In this document: positions 37,424 to 47,654 of the stretch, one piece after another
How the letters are laid out: each line of letters opens with the position of its first letter
Position numbering within the stretch: the stretch's first letter is position 1
Source of the DNA: Candidatus Undinarchaeota archaeon
GTDB taxonomy: Archaea > SpSt-1190 > JASMDC01
Direction of reading: 5' to 3'
Assembly (NCBI GenBank): GCA_964519305.1
Contig: CAZFHY010000002.1
Coordinates: forward strand, 64,001-128,000
Length of the DNA: 64,000 nt
The notes under the pieces: generated by a model
Told to the model about the DNA's origin: nothing
Databases searched by the model: none
Seen by the model: the letters and a program-made list of their open reading frames with translations, nothing else
Program-made: the position numbers and the translations under genes

Positions 37424-40400
37424 TCAAGCCGAGGACATACCATCTTTGGTACGCTCTGCGGTGGAACTGCAGTCACAGTCACAGTTGCGAGGTGTGAGCG
37501 TGCACTGCTCCATGTCGATACGTAGCTGACAGTCGGGCGAACAGCCCGTGCACAGTACGGTGAACCGGCATTGGCCGATCCCGATTGTGGTGTCGATGGA
37601 GGCGAACGCCGCGATGGCCGAGGGATCCGGTGGAACGACAGGTGTCGTCGGTGCGGGGAGCGCCTTGAGCTGGGCGTCCACGACCTCATCGAGCCACACA
37701 CGGTCTGATCCGTCCCGAGCTAACGCCCGGAGGACGTAGGTATCGGGAGCGACGGCGCGGACGGTCTCGGTCCGAACGAGTCGTTCCTCGCCAGGACCAA
37801 GTGCACGGCTGCCTATGAGCGTATCCTCCTTCGAGGTTACTGTACCGTGTTCTTTGGAGACGATTGTGGCCTCGATCTTACCCGAGAAGGGCGTGGCGAG
37901 AGGATTCTTGATCCACACGGCCGCCGTAGCCTCCTCATCGTCCTCAACCGTGTCCAAGACGCGACCTTCAGTATCCATGAAGACCGCGCGCATCACGGTC
38001 AGTACCAGTCTTCGGACCTGGACGAACGCGGAGGGATAGGAAGGAGGACGAGTACCCAGTTGCTCAAGACACCTGGCGGTCATCTCTTTTCCGCAGGTGC
38101 CCGGTACGATGCCCTGCTGTTGTAGGGTGCGGTCCAGTAGAACGGTACCATTAGGGCCGATGGCCTTGACGTGGATGCTCACGACCGAGTCGATATCATC
38201 CTCCTCGGCGGTGAACGGGCCGGTCGGCAAAGGTCGGCTCGGTGCGCGTCTGGTGAGCTTGTAGAAAGCGGCTCCGTTCGCCACGGGCTCGCCAGCCTTC
38301 TCAAGAGATACCGCCACTGCCACGGGTACCACATCGGGATCGATCACGACAGCACCGTTCACCGTCGTCCCCGGGTAGGTCTCGGTGGTCCTCCCGCGAG
38401 GGCCGAGGAAGTATGCATCCCGGACCGCGATGGCGCCAGCAGGCACAACATGTGAGATGGGACCCCGTCCTGTGAGGGTTATCTCGCCTCGTTCATCCAC
38501 GACCTCGATGAACGCCTGGACCGAGACGTTGTCCCGATCGAGCACGTAACTAATCCGACCGAGGTCCAGTCCCTGACCGGGCGCAAGTCGCACCGGGTGT
38601 TCCATGAGTAGCACGATCTCCTCTTGGCAGATGCATCCCTCCTCTGTGCACGAGCACTGTTCGATGATGACCAGATACAAGCGTGCGGTACCACGGAGGG
38701 TGATGCTGCCAGTATTGTTCAGTACACCACCGACGTCCACTTGGTCTCCCTTGCTGAAGACCTGGTTGGGGGCGACCGGAGCGCCGCCCCGGGTCACGAA
38801 CGCTCGGACCGTGCCGACGGGAGCACCTGCGGAGCATGCCGCCTCGCATGCGGTCCCGTTCCCGGGATGGTCCTTGATGCATGCCTCGATGCAAGGAGCG
38901 GCCAGGGGGGAGCAATCGTCGAGACATGCAAGCTCTCCTGATTCAAGGCACGACTCATCGCATGCAGGTACAACATCGTCACAACGCGCAACGCATACGT
39001 CAGCCCTCTCGTCCTTAAAGAGGTCCCTGCACAGCTCAGTGCATGCTCCCCCTGATCCGAACGCCTTACAGGCACGCTCCAAGGGGACTTCCTCGAACTC
39101 GTACTTGCAGCAGAGCCCCGGCCATCGCCGGCACCAGTCGATTGTTACACCGGTGACTATGGGGCCTGCGCACACCGATCCACGAGGGAAGTGAATTGGT
39201 TCAGCACCCGTACTGAACGCCCGCTCACAGCAAGCCATTTCACGCCCTCCGGCGGGGACCGATGGACGGCAGTGCTCGGACGTGAGCAGCCACCAGGATC
39301 CGACCTCGCACACGCAAACACCAAGGTGGGGTTGGCAGTGGGAACGGTCCACCCCGGCGCACACACGACAGACCTCGGTGCACTCCATGGGATTCGAACC
39401 TATACCTGCGAGTGCTGCCTGAACGTCATACCGGTAGCACGACTCTGTGTCTATGAAGAGGTCATCATCAACATCGATGGCGCCCAAGTTATCAACAGCT
39501 CCGCGCTCACGCCATGTGTCGAGCCCTCTCTCCTCCACCACGGCCGCGACCTCCCCGGTAGAAGCGCAGCGACCGCGGTAGTCGCCCCGGTTCGACTCGT
39601 AGCTACCTTGTGACGTAGGTCCGAGGCACCCGGCCGGACCGCTCGTTCCCCCGCAGGCGCCACATAGACGGTGACCGGAACAGTACTCGTCCCAGAGACC
39701 GTTGCCGGGACCGCCGCCCGTGACGGCGCGGATGTCGTACCCTGCACCTGTCTGCCATTCAGCGATGGAGATGTCCCGTACGAAAGCCTCGCTCTGGAGC
39801 AACCGAACCAAGCCCACGAGCTCGCCCTGGAATCCCTCAGATGTGGGGACCTCGCTGAGCAGGACCGCAAGCTCCCGGACTATGGCCTCTGTAGTTGCGT
39901 TCGAGCGATCGGCGAATCCCTGGGCATGCTCGATCCGGAGCCGCTCCGCGAGCCGACGAAGGAGAACGGTGGTCTCGTCGATGCGCGTTACGAGAAGACG
40001 GACGTCCACGACGAGGCCGGTGAGCCGGTTGGCCACCGTACATGGATCGAGCGTCCCCTCACCGAGCACGGCCGAGCCCTCGACGGTACAGACGTCCTTG
40101 AGGTCGGCGGCGTTCTGCTGGCACTCATGCATCCCGCCGGGCGACGGGATGGCGTTCCGCTTCCGACGGGTCACAAGGCTTGCCTGCGTCACCTGAGAAC
40201 ACTCGTGTTCCTCAGGGAGACACCCGGTGACCATCCACGTGTAGTCGATATACCCGTCCTGGCAGGTGAACGGCGGGCCACAGCACTGGCGCTCGGTACA
40301 CGTTCCGGGCTCCGCGTTCATCCGCATCGGTGTCCCTTCTTCCTGGACGATCTCCACCGGTTCCTCTTCCTTGCACAGGTTATCGCAAGCGATGCAGTCG

Positions 40401-42004
40401 AGCACCCATCCCTGGTCGGTCGTTGTGAATATGGTACCGTCCCCGCACCACACATCGCAGGCAGGGCAGTCAACGGTCCATGCGTCGCCAACTGTCCTGA
40501 TGGGCGAGCTCCAGATTACGCCGCTGACCTCTTCCTCGTCGCAGGTGCTGCAGTCGGTCACACCGTCGATGGCGACCAGCTCGATGTCCGACATCCATTG
40601 GCAGGAGTTACGGCAGACGAGGCAGTCTGCCACGATCTCGCCCTCAACGATCCCCACCATCTGTGAATTCTCATCGCACCACGTCGCACAGGCCATGCAG
40701 TCAGCCCCATCCTCATCGATCGGGCTCATCTTCCAGACTCGCTTGTACACGCATTGTGTACAGTCAACGTCCTCGGGCTCCTGTGCGGGCTCTTCCTCGG
40801 GGACAGGTACGCCCTCGCCCTCCGCAGGCGGCTCGCACGTGCGTGGTGAGCCCTCGGTCACGCATCCTTCGATACCCAGATCGTCGGCCCCGCTACCTAT
40901 GGTGCCCACGGGTGCATCGAACACATCGAGCTCCCCGCCAGCATTGCATGCAGTTCTGTCATCGAGCGTGAGGCACTGGTCCGGAGGCACACCTGTGTCG
41001 AAGGGAGCTATGTCGATGTCCACGTCCACGATAGTTCCCTCATCCTCGTCAGCGACTATCTCTATGTCCGCATCCACGTCGACATCGTCGCCCACATCGA
41101 TTCCTGCCCCGGCCTCGACACCGACACCCGCACCGGTGCCCACCTCACCTTCGATGGCAATGCCCACATCCCCGCTGATACCGACGTCCGCGTCCACGTC
41201 GATACCGTCCTCCCCGATCGAGGCGCACACGTTGATATCGACGAAGATGTTGATATCGATGCAGATGCCGATATCAAGACCAAAGCCGTCCCCATCGTCG
41301 CCGGGCTGTGGGAACACGCGGCCCGTATCGAGATCACCGCATGCCGCGGCACTGGCAGCATCGGGCTCCTGGGGGCAGCTCGTCGCGCCCGTAGCGCTCC
41401 GGGCGGCCGCGTTCGGTGCACCTAGCCGACACTCGTGGCCGTAGACGCAGTCCAGGGTGAGGCAGAGCGGGCATGACTCGGCCAGCGGGCCGGGGGCCGA
41501 GTCGGTCGTGCACCAGGCGGACCGGGGATCGTCAGGTGCGCAGATGGTAGTTACGGCCTCTCGGCAGACGTCGGGCCCGAAACCGGGATCGGCGGCCACA
41601 CCGGCAGGTGTAGGGATAGTCGAGAGTCGACCACCGCAGGAGCTGTACCCTTTGGTAGCGAACTCCTGTACCGCACTACGGCAGTTGCTGCACCACTGGT
41701 CGAACCCGAGCCTGATGGAATCAAGGTTGGTGGCGAGCGCATCGTAGTACTGGGAGGCACTTTCGAGGTCGCTGACCACATCGTCGAGGTGTGCGCGCAT
41801 GTTGGCCGTAGTCCGCTCCGGTGAGCAATCCGTGAGGGTAGGATCAAGGCGTGGCCCGTCACCGCCGTTAACGCCCGGTGCCGCGAGCAGCCTCGGGACA
41901 CATATGTTCGAAGCACCGTCTGGGACGCATGCCCCTAGACCCTGTACAGGTAGAACGAGCAGAGCGAGGAGAACGGCCGTCAGTACTGTGTTCCTCATAC
42001 CCAT
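37424..42004 (-). CDS. Giant secreted Cys-rich protein (module protein C, 1526 aa)
   Basis: Signal peptide, helical segments, alternating D/G-I/V beta stretch, DCxxC repeats, C-terminal Ig-like domains. Starts 1 nt after the B2 stop. Confidence 0.75.
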   Translation of the reverse strand: MGMRNTVLTAVLLALLVLPVQGLGACVPDGASNICVPRLLAAPGVNGGDGPRLDPTLTDCSPERTTANMRAHLDDVVSDLESASQYYDALATNLDSIRLGFDQWCSNCRSAVQEFATKGYSSCGGRLSTIPTPAGVAADPGFGPDVCREAVTTICAPDDPRSAWCTTDSAPGPLAESCPLCLTLDCVYGHECRLGAPNAAARSATGATSCPQEPDAASAAACGDLDTGRVFPQPGDDGDGFGLDIGICIDINIFVDINVCASIGEDGIDVDADVGISGDVGIAIEGEVGTGAGVGVEAGAGIDVGDDVDVDADIEIVADEDEGTIVDVDIDIAPFDTGVPPDQCLTLDDRTACNAGGELDVFDAPVGTIGSGADDLGIEGCVTEGSPRTCEPPAEGEGVPVPEEEPAQEPEDVDCTQCVYKRVWKMSPIDEDGADCMACATWCDENSQMVGIVEGEIVADCLVCRNSCQWMSDIELVAIDGVTDCSTCDEEEVSGVIWSSPIRTVGDAWTVDCPACDVWCGDGTIFTTTDQGWVLDCIACDNLCKEEEPVEIVQEEGTPMRMNAEPGTCTERQCCGPPFTCQDGYIDYTWMVTGCLPEEHECSQVTQASLVTRRKRNAIPSPGGMHECQQNAADLKDVCTVEGSAVLGEGTLDPCTVANRLTGLVVDVRLLVTRIDETTVLLRRLAERLRIEHAQGFADRSNATTEAIVRELAVLLSEVPTSEGFQGELVGLVRLLQSEAFVRDISIAEWQTGAGYDIRAVTGGGPGNGLWDEYCSGHRLCGACGGTSGPAGCLGPTSQGSYESNRGDYRGRCASTGEVAAVVEERGLDTWRERGAVDNLGAIDVDDDLFIDTESCYRYDVQAALAGIGSNPMECTEVCRVCAGVDRSHCQPHLGVCVCEVGSWWLLTSEHCRPSVPAGGREMACCERAFSTGAEPIHFPRGSVCAGPIVTGVTIDWCRRWPGLCCKYEFEEVPLERACKAFGSGGACTELCRDLFKDERADVCVARCDDVVPACDESCLESGELACLDDCSPLAAPCIEACIKDHPGNGTACEAACSAGAPVGTVRAFVTRGGAPVAPNQVFSKGDQVDVGGVLNNTGSITLRGTARLYLVIIEQCSCTEEGCICQEEIVLLMEHPVRLAPGQGLDLGRISYVLDRDNVSVQAFIEVVDERGEITLTGRGPISHVVPAGAIAVRDAYFLGPRGRTTETYPGTTVNGAVVIDPDVVPVAVAVSLEKAGEPVANGAAFYKLTRRAPSRPLPTGPFTAEEDDIDSVVSIHVKAIGPNGTVLLDRTLQQQGIVPGTCGKEMTARCLEQLGTRPPSYPSAFVQVRRLVLTVMRAVFMDTEGRVLDTVEDDEEATAAVWIKNPLATPFSGKIEATIVSKEHGTVTSKEDTLIGSRALGPGEERLVRTETVRAVAPDTYVLRALARDGSDRVWLDEVVDAQLKALPAPTTPVVPPDPSAIAAFASIDTTIGIGQCRFTVLCTGCSPDCQLRIDMEQCTLTPRNCDCDCSSTAERTKDGMSSA

Positions 42005-42005
42005 T

Positions 42006-43814
42006 CTAGCAATCCTCCGTCGACGTGATGCCGATGTATTCGTCTCCCACTTTCATCAGGCCAAGTGGCTCGAGCTCGATGGTCAGTTCGTTCCGGCCTT
42101 CCGTGACATCGTGGATGAATCCCGCTGACTCGACCTCCCGATAGGGCACTCCAGCTTCGTTCCGCGACGGGACCGCCATGACCAGGTATCGCCCGGGGAC
42201 CACGAACGGGACCTCGAACCCGCCGGCCTCGTCCACCGACACGCGACGTCGGTCGAGCCGGGACGAGAGGGGTTGAAGGATGACCTCCACGGTACCAGGG
42301 GTAGTCCCATCCTGAGCCCCTAGGGGAACGGATGGATCCTCACGTACGGTCATCGACGTCGAGCAGTACACACGGCGTTTCTCCATCATCGAACCCGTGA
42401 CCGTGCTGAATGGCTTGAGCGTGATGAGGGAGCGGATGTTATCGATGATCGTCACCTGCTCCACGTGCTTGGCCAGGGTGAACTGGGCGTCAGGTTCGAC
42501 GATGAGGGTGACACGTCCGCACACCGTCCCCGTCTCCTGAAGTCGTCCGCCACTATAACGGTACTTGCACGAGTCGAGCCACACACTACCTGCGTCCGAG
42601 TTGGTGATCGTGAGGTCGACCGAGCACGATCCCTGGCACAGATCATCCACCTTCTCGGGTGCTGTTACCTCGTTATCGATGGCATTGACGTCCTCGCCGA
42701 TGAGAAGGGGCATCATGTAGAACCGGAAGTCCAGCGGGCGGACCGCGAGGTTCTCGGTGGCCCCGATGGTCCTCGAGGTCGGTTGGACGTCTCGTATCGT
42801 ATAGCGCATGGGGAAATTGATATTGTACTGGACAAAGAACCGGGAGAGACACAGACCGTCGTTCAGGGCCACGGCCGGGAACGGGGTCGGGATGAGGATG
42901 ATCGTATCGGTGCTCTCGTAAGTGCCCTCACCCTGGTTCGCCAAGAAGGAGAACTCGACCTCTCGTGGATTGAGGTCCACGTCCCACTGGATGTGTTCGG
43001 ACGAGTAGGTCGGCGTCTCGAGCACGCGCTTGAGCTCCAGCGACACTGCCAGCTGTGCGGTCTCACGGAAGGGAGTAACAAGCTGGTTGTAGGTGCTGAG
43101 TACGGTCTTTCCTTCACACGGGATGGTGCGCACATCGCTACCAGGAGTGGCTATCCGGGGATCGTTCGTCATGCCGTAGAGGAAGTTCTTCTCCATCCGG
43201 CGCTCTCTGGTGTAGTCGCGCACATAGCGTTCGGCAAGGTCGCGCAACCGCTTGAGGCGGATGGGAAGGTTCGTTGAGATGGGGATGCGGGACCGTGCAC
43301 GCGTCTCCCCTTGCACCTCGACGGGAAGCTCCATCTTGGCGAGGACGTTGTCGTCAACGAGCGTGATGCGTACTTCGGGGACCGCCAGCACGACCTTCCC
43401 TTCCAGTTCACGCCGGAGCACAGCCAGCTTCGTCTCGAGCCTGCGCTTCACCTCGTCAGCGTACATCTCCTGCATGGCCTTGACCGAGGGAAGGTTCACG
43501 ACCTTTCCCCGATAGAACAAGTACGGTACACCGTAGTGGTTCAGACGTGGCACGCTCTCTGCAATGTACCCGCCATGTGACCCCATCTCGAAGGCCGCCT
43601 CGTACATGGAAGTGGCGAGAAGCGTGTCCACTTGACGCTCGAGCTTGATGAGCATCTCCCGAGTAGTCTCCGATGAGATGCGCCCGACCCTGACCTCACG
43701 CTCCGTCCGACTCCGGTACAGGAATACACCGACAATCAGCAGGACAACGAGGGCGAGAGCGATCAGGCCTAGAAGGGTCATCTGGCCCCGTTGACTTGCG
43801 GTCCTCCGCCCCAT
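42006..43814 (-). CDS. Large surface protein with class III signal peptide (module protein B2)
   Basis: QRG/QMTLLGLIALALVVLLIVGVFLY; SHGGY...VPY.FY.G.VV.LPS; paralog of 13955-15802. Confidence 0.78.
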   Translation of the reverse strand: MGRRTASQRGQMTLLGLIALALVVLLIVGVFLYRSRTEREVRVGRISSETTREMLIKLERQVDTLLATSMYEAAFEMGSHGGYIAESVPRLNHYGVPYLFYRGKVVNLPSVKAMQEMYADEVKRRLETKLAVLRRELEGKVVLAVPEVRITLVDDNVLAKMELPVEVQGETRARSRIPISTNLPIRLKRLRDLAERYVRDYTRERRMEKNFLYGMTNDPRIATPGSDVRTIPCEGKTVLSTYNQLVTPFRETAQLAVSLELKRVLETPTYSSEHIQWDVDLNPREVEFSFLANQGEGTYESTDTIILIPTPFPAVALNDGLCLSRFFVQYNINFPMRYTIRDVQPTSRTIGATENLAVRPLDFRFYMMPLLIGEDVNAIDNEVTAPEKVDDLCQGSCSVDLTITNSDAGSVWLDSCKYRYSGGRLQETGTVCGRVTLIVEPDAQFTLAKHVEQVTIIDNIRSLITLKPFSTVTGSMMEKRRVYCSTSMTVREDPSVPLGAQDGTTPGTVEVILQPLSSRLDRRRVSVDEAGGFEVPFVVPGRYLVMAVPSRNEAGVPYREVESAGFIHDVTEGRNELTIELEPLGLMKVGDEYIGITSTEDC

Positions 43815-46531
43815 CAGCATGACACCTCCTCAACGTTGTCCCAGTGGCCAGGATTGCCCTTGATGAGAATGGTTGTGCTATCATGAGCCGACCTTCCGCC
43901 GTCAGCCAGGGTCACTACCAGTGGCAGGAGTGTATCGGGAGGTTCTGGTGGGCACAAGCGCACTCCACTGACGTGGACCCGAGTACCCTCGAGCGTGTTG
44001 ATGATGTAGGTGATCATGTCCGGTCCGATCGCCCGTTCGCCGAGCCGGATATCGAAGCTCTCCTTGGTTATGCCCTCTGCTCCATGGACACGGAGGTAGA
44101 TGTCCAGTTCGAAGCCCAGGGTCGTCAGGGCGTAGAACAGAGGTTTATCCATCGTCCCGGGCTCGGCCCTCTGGATCCTGAGCGACAGTGGTGTTCGGTC
44201 GGCCACGGAGACCTGCGCTCGAAGTGTGCCCTTCCGTCCAAGATGCTCTACCGAAAGGACAACCTCCTCCTTCTCATTCGGTATACCTCGCAACGTGCCC
44301 ACGACGGTCCAGATACCTCCAACACGGTCATACGTGGCAGATACGGGATCGGCGTCAAGGCCAGCCGCCGTAAGGGTGAACGCGCGTTGAGGGACGTGTA
44401 CGAGGTCACGCCCATCGAGGTCACGTACACGCACCATGAGCTCCAGGGGGCTCCCGGTTTCCAGTTCGGTCCTAGAGAGCTTAACGGGGGATATCCGCTC
44501 CAAGAAGAGGATGATGCCGCTGTCGTCCTGGGGATGCCAGACCTCGAAGGGGGATCGGATGACATGCCTGAACCCGTTGTGCTCGACTACAAGGTAGAGC
44601 TCGTGGATCCCGGGCGGAAGATCGCCCACGAACGTAGCTGAAAGGCTCCATGATCCGTCGAACGAGGCCTCGAAACCTGTTGACCTGAGGTCGCTGAGGA
44701 ACGCCTTACCGGTGACCGCGCCCTGCGTGACGACTGGTGAACCGTCGAAGAGAACGGACCCCTTCCACGTTAGCGTTACTCCGTCCGCAAGGACGTTGGC
44801 CCTGGTATGGTTCACGGGGAGATCCTTGATCCTGAACTGAAGGCTCGTTGCCTGGCACCCATCGGGCTGACAGTTCTCACCCTCGGAACATGTGGCTATG
44901 GGGCTACCATTACCGGAGAGACAAACACATCGGTCTGTGCAGAGCTCACCTTCCTCTACACAGGATAGGGAGTCGCTCCCACGTCTAGCAATGCATCTAC
45001 CTCCCGGTTCTCTGACGATGACGTACGGGTCCGCGAGCTTGCGAGGACCGCAACCTTCCGAAGTGCACGGGCTCCCGTACCTGCATACGTCAGTAGCCTC
45101 GTCGTTCGTAAAGCACAGGCAGAAGGGTGTTGCTAGTGATGATGGTGAGCACACGTCACCTTCCGCGATGCACGGGATACGGAGCTCGTCGACGGGCAGG
45201 AATCCTTGGGCGCACAGTTCGTGACGGGCGGTACGTATCGGGGGACGCCACTCTTCCACTTCGATGGGCGTGGCCACGACGGCAGTGAGAACACCCTTCT
45301 CGTATACCTCGGTCCTGATGATGTACTTCCCCGGTGGCAGGGCGTCATCGAGCTGAATATCGAAGGTCCCACATCCGAACGTCGCTTCCTCGCTCACCTT
45401 GATCCCGTCCAGGTTGTATACGGCGGTCGTGCACCAATCCCCTGGAGTATCCACGTGGATGCGTGCCGTCTCCCCTGGAAGGAACGAGCGCTTCTCCATG
45501 TGTATTACGGCAGTTTCCATCCCGGCCGAGAGTATCTCTATGGTCGTCGCTATAGAGGCCGTTCTTTCACCGATAGTGGCGTCCACCTGGACTACGTACA
45601 TCCCGGGTATCCATCCCGATGAGGTTCCGACGGGGATGCGCTCGCATTCAGTCAGCTCAAGACGGTCCATCACGTGCCCGCCCGCGTCCTCAAGTGTCAC
45701 CACACACGAATCGACACGCCTGCCAAGCTCGATGGTGAAGCTCTCCCCCGCGACGACCGGATCGCGGTCAAGGAGCATGGAGAGGTGGAGCTCGACGGGA
45801 CGGATGGTGAGGGGGAGCACAGCGCGCTTAATCACTCCTAAGTCTACGATCACAACCAAGAGCCGATGCTCGTTGTCAGGATCGATTCCTACCGTGGGGA
45901 TGAGGGTGTTCTGACATCCGGGAAGAATGCGTCGTTGTACGATCGTGGTACCATCGAGGACGGCTAGAACACAAAGGGAGCCTTCGATACCGGCGAGACG
46001 TACGAGCTCGCCAGCGGGGATTGGGTCCGGGGGTGGGATGTCCAGTTCCTCTGCAGTGGTCAGGTCCAGAGGGATGGTGGCTGTGAGCACAGTGTCCTGG
46101 ACCCGCTCGATAGCAGTCATGTGGGATGGATATCGAACGAGCAGGCTGCGGGACATCTCCCCGAAGCCGGCACCGAGGGAGAACTGGAGCGGTCGGACAC
46201 GAGAAAGGAAGACGATCCTGTCCGGGCCCTCACCCTCGATGGACTGGATGGATATATCGTGGGGGATATCTATGTCGAAGACAATGTCCTCGCCTTCGGG
46301 CATGGTCACGACGTTAGGTATGCAGGATGACGCTTGTGGGATGCGGCGGCACGCGGTCTTGAGCGACACAGGATCACGAGCCCGTGCGTCGCGTAGATGG
46401 AAGACGACGCTCGAGCGAGCACGACCAAGGGACGTCAGGTCGACAGTCTCCTCGATGTCAGCTTCCTGTGCGGCGTGGATTGGTGTGAGAAGTAAGAGGA
46501 TAACAAGTAGGCCAATCCACCACCTCCCCAT
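43814..46531 (-). CDS. Large secreted Ig-like/Cys-repeat protein (module protein A2)
   Basis: MGRWWIGLLVILLLL signal, PGMY/PGKY/PGIH beta-sandwich units, tandem Cys repeats; paralog of 15792-18947. Confidence 0.78.
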   Translation of the reverse strand: MGRWWIGLLVILLLLTPIHAAQEADIEETVDLTSLGRARSSVVFHLRDARARDPVSLKTACRRIPQASSCIPNVVTMPEGEDIVFDIDIPHDISIQSIEGEGPDRIVFLSRVRPLQFSLGAGFGEMSRSLLVRYPSHMTAIERVQDTVLTATIPLDLTTAEELDIPPPDPIPAGELVRLAGIEGSLCVLAVLDGTTIVQRRILPGCQNTLIPTVGIDPDNEHRLLVVIVDLGVIKRAVLPLTIRPVELHLSMLLDRDPVVAGESFTIELGRRVDSCVVTLEDAGGHVMDRLELTECERIPVGTSSGWIPGMYVVQVDATIGERTASIATTIEILSAGMETAVIHMEKRSFLPGETARIHVDTPGDWCTTAVYNLDGIKVSEEATFGCGTFDIQLDDALPPGKYIIRTEVYEKGVLTAVVATPIEVEEWRPPIRTARHELCAQGFLPVDELRIPCIAEGDVCSPSSLATPFCLCFTNDEATDVCRYGSPCTSEGCGPRKLADPYVIVREPGGRCIARRGSDSLSCVEEGELCTDRCVCLSGNGSPIATCSEGENCQPDGCQATSLQFRIKDLPVNHTRANVLADGVTLTWKGSVLFDGSPVVTQGAVTGKAFLSDLRSTGFEASFDGSWSLSATFVGDLPPGIHELYLVVEHNGFRHVIRSPFEVWHPQDDSGIILFLERISPVKLSRTELETGSPLELMVRVRDLDGRDLVHVPQRAFTLTAAGLDADPVSATYDRVGGIWTVVGTLRGIPNEKEEVVLSVEHLGRKGTLRAQVSVADRTPLSLRIQRAEPGTMDKPLFYALTTLGFELDIYLRVHGAEGITKESFDIRLGERAIGPDMITYIINTLEGTRVHVSGVRLCPPEPPDTLLPLVVTLADGGRSAHDSTTILIKGNPGHWDNVEEVSC

Positions 46532-46723
46532 GTGGACCGTATGGGATGTGAAGGATAAAAATGGATACCTGAAACCAGAGTAGAACCCTTTGCGAGCATG
46601 TTCGGGGAGCATGATGATACTTCCTCGTCCCCGAAGGCTCGCGCTGTGAACTGGTTTATAAGGGTTAGTCCTGTGAATTACGGAATACCTAAATTTTCTG
46701 ACGGATTGAAAAAGATATCAGGT

Positions 46724-47599
46724 TCACTCCCGTATACGCCCGACGAGCTCCCGCAGCACCGCGTCAAGAGAGCTTTCTTGGGTATCAACCCGCAGCTCAA
46801 AGGGATCGTACTCGTTGGTCTCGGTCGTCATGGCCACGGCGCCCTTGCTCGCAGCGTAGCCCTGGAACGTGTGGGGCAGCGAGCACTCGTTCTCCCTTAT
46901 CGGGTCCATGTAACCATCTGCAGCATCCAGCACGGCCTCGATGTAACCACAGTCCTCCTCCGTGGGCGGCGCCTCATGGTTGAGAAGGAATCCGTAGAAG
47001 TTAGGTGCCCATCCGAAGATGGTGCGGAGGGCAGGCCACTTGCCTGAAAGGTAACCGAGTACCTTGAAAGGGCCGCGGTTGGCCGATGTTTCGTGCAGGT
47101 CCACTGCTACGTCGATGCTTCCGTATCCCTCCTCAACGTGGTCGGTGAACGACATAACGGCCCGTTCCTCGAGTGTGGCCCAGTCGGATTCGCCGTACCC
47201 GTCGTTGAGGTACTGGTCGAGGGCGTTCGACTGGTCGGCCATCCAGTCTGAGCTGGGAGGCCGCTTCTGGTACCGGTCTACGTTCACACAAGGGACCACC
47301 GCCAATGCGATGTGCTCCCGTGCTTCCTTGTACACGGGATCGTCCGAGGACAGGTAGCTCTCCAGGAAGTCCAGAGCGGCGGGAGGACCTGCGGCCTCGC
47401 TGAAGTGCTGGCCGGCAACGACCATCATGGTCCCACGGACCTCGCCCGTGGGCCTGACAACGACGCCAGGGATGTCGTACCCTTTTGGGGAGGCCCCTGC
47501 CGGATCGACCGTGAGCACGTCACCGTACTTATCGCTGAGCCCATCGAGCCGGTCCATGACCTCGGAATAGGTCAATGGGGTCACCTCACCCTCAGGCAT
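46724..47599 (-). CDS. M14 family zinc carboxypeptidase-like protein
   Basis: AGQHFSE (HxxE), VPCVNVD and VDLHE motifs. Confidence 0.8.
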   Translation of the reverse strand: MPEGEVTPLTYSEVMDRLDGLSDKYGDVLTVDPAGASPKGYDIPGVVVRPTGEVRGTMMVVAGQHFSEAAGPPAALDFLESYLSSDDPVYKEAREHIALAVVPCVNVDRYQKRPPSSDWMADQSNALDQYLNDGYGESDWATLEERAVMSFTDHVEEGYGSIDVAVDLHETSANRGPFKVLGYLSGKWPALRTIFGWAPNFYGFLLNHEAPPTEEDCGYIEAVLDAADGYMDPIRENECSLPHTFQGYAASKGAVAMTTETNEYDPFELRVDTQESSLDAVLRELVGRIRE

Positions 47600-47654
47600 G
47601 GTCACCAGCGGCCCCCCGGCGCGCATTTATACTTTTCCTTGCCGGGGGGAATGG

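Noticed and set aside
40370-40710. Multiheme cytochrome in the giant protein
   Set aside because: The CxxC units lack the following His of CxxCH.
40266-41444. Long plus-strand ORFs (392 aa here, 331 aa at 39671, and many similar)
   Set aside because: These are antisense shadows of real genes in GC-rich DNA, with biased composition and no motifs.
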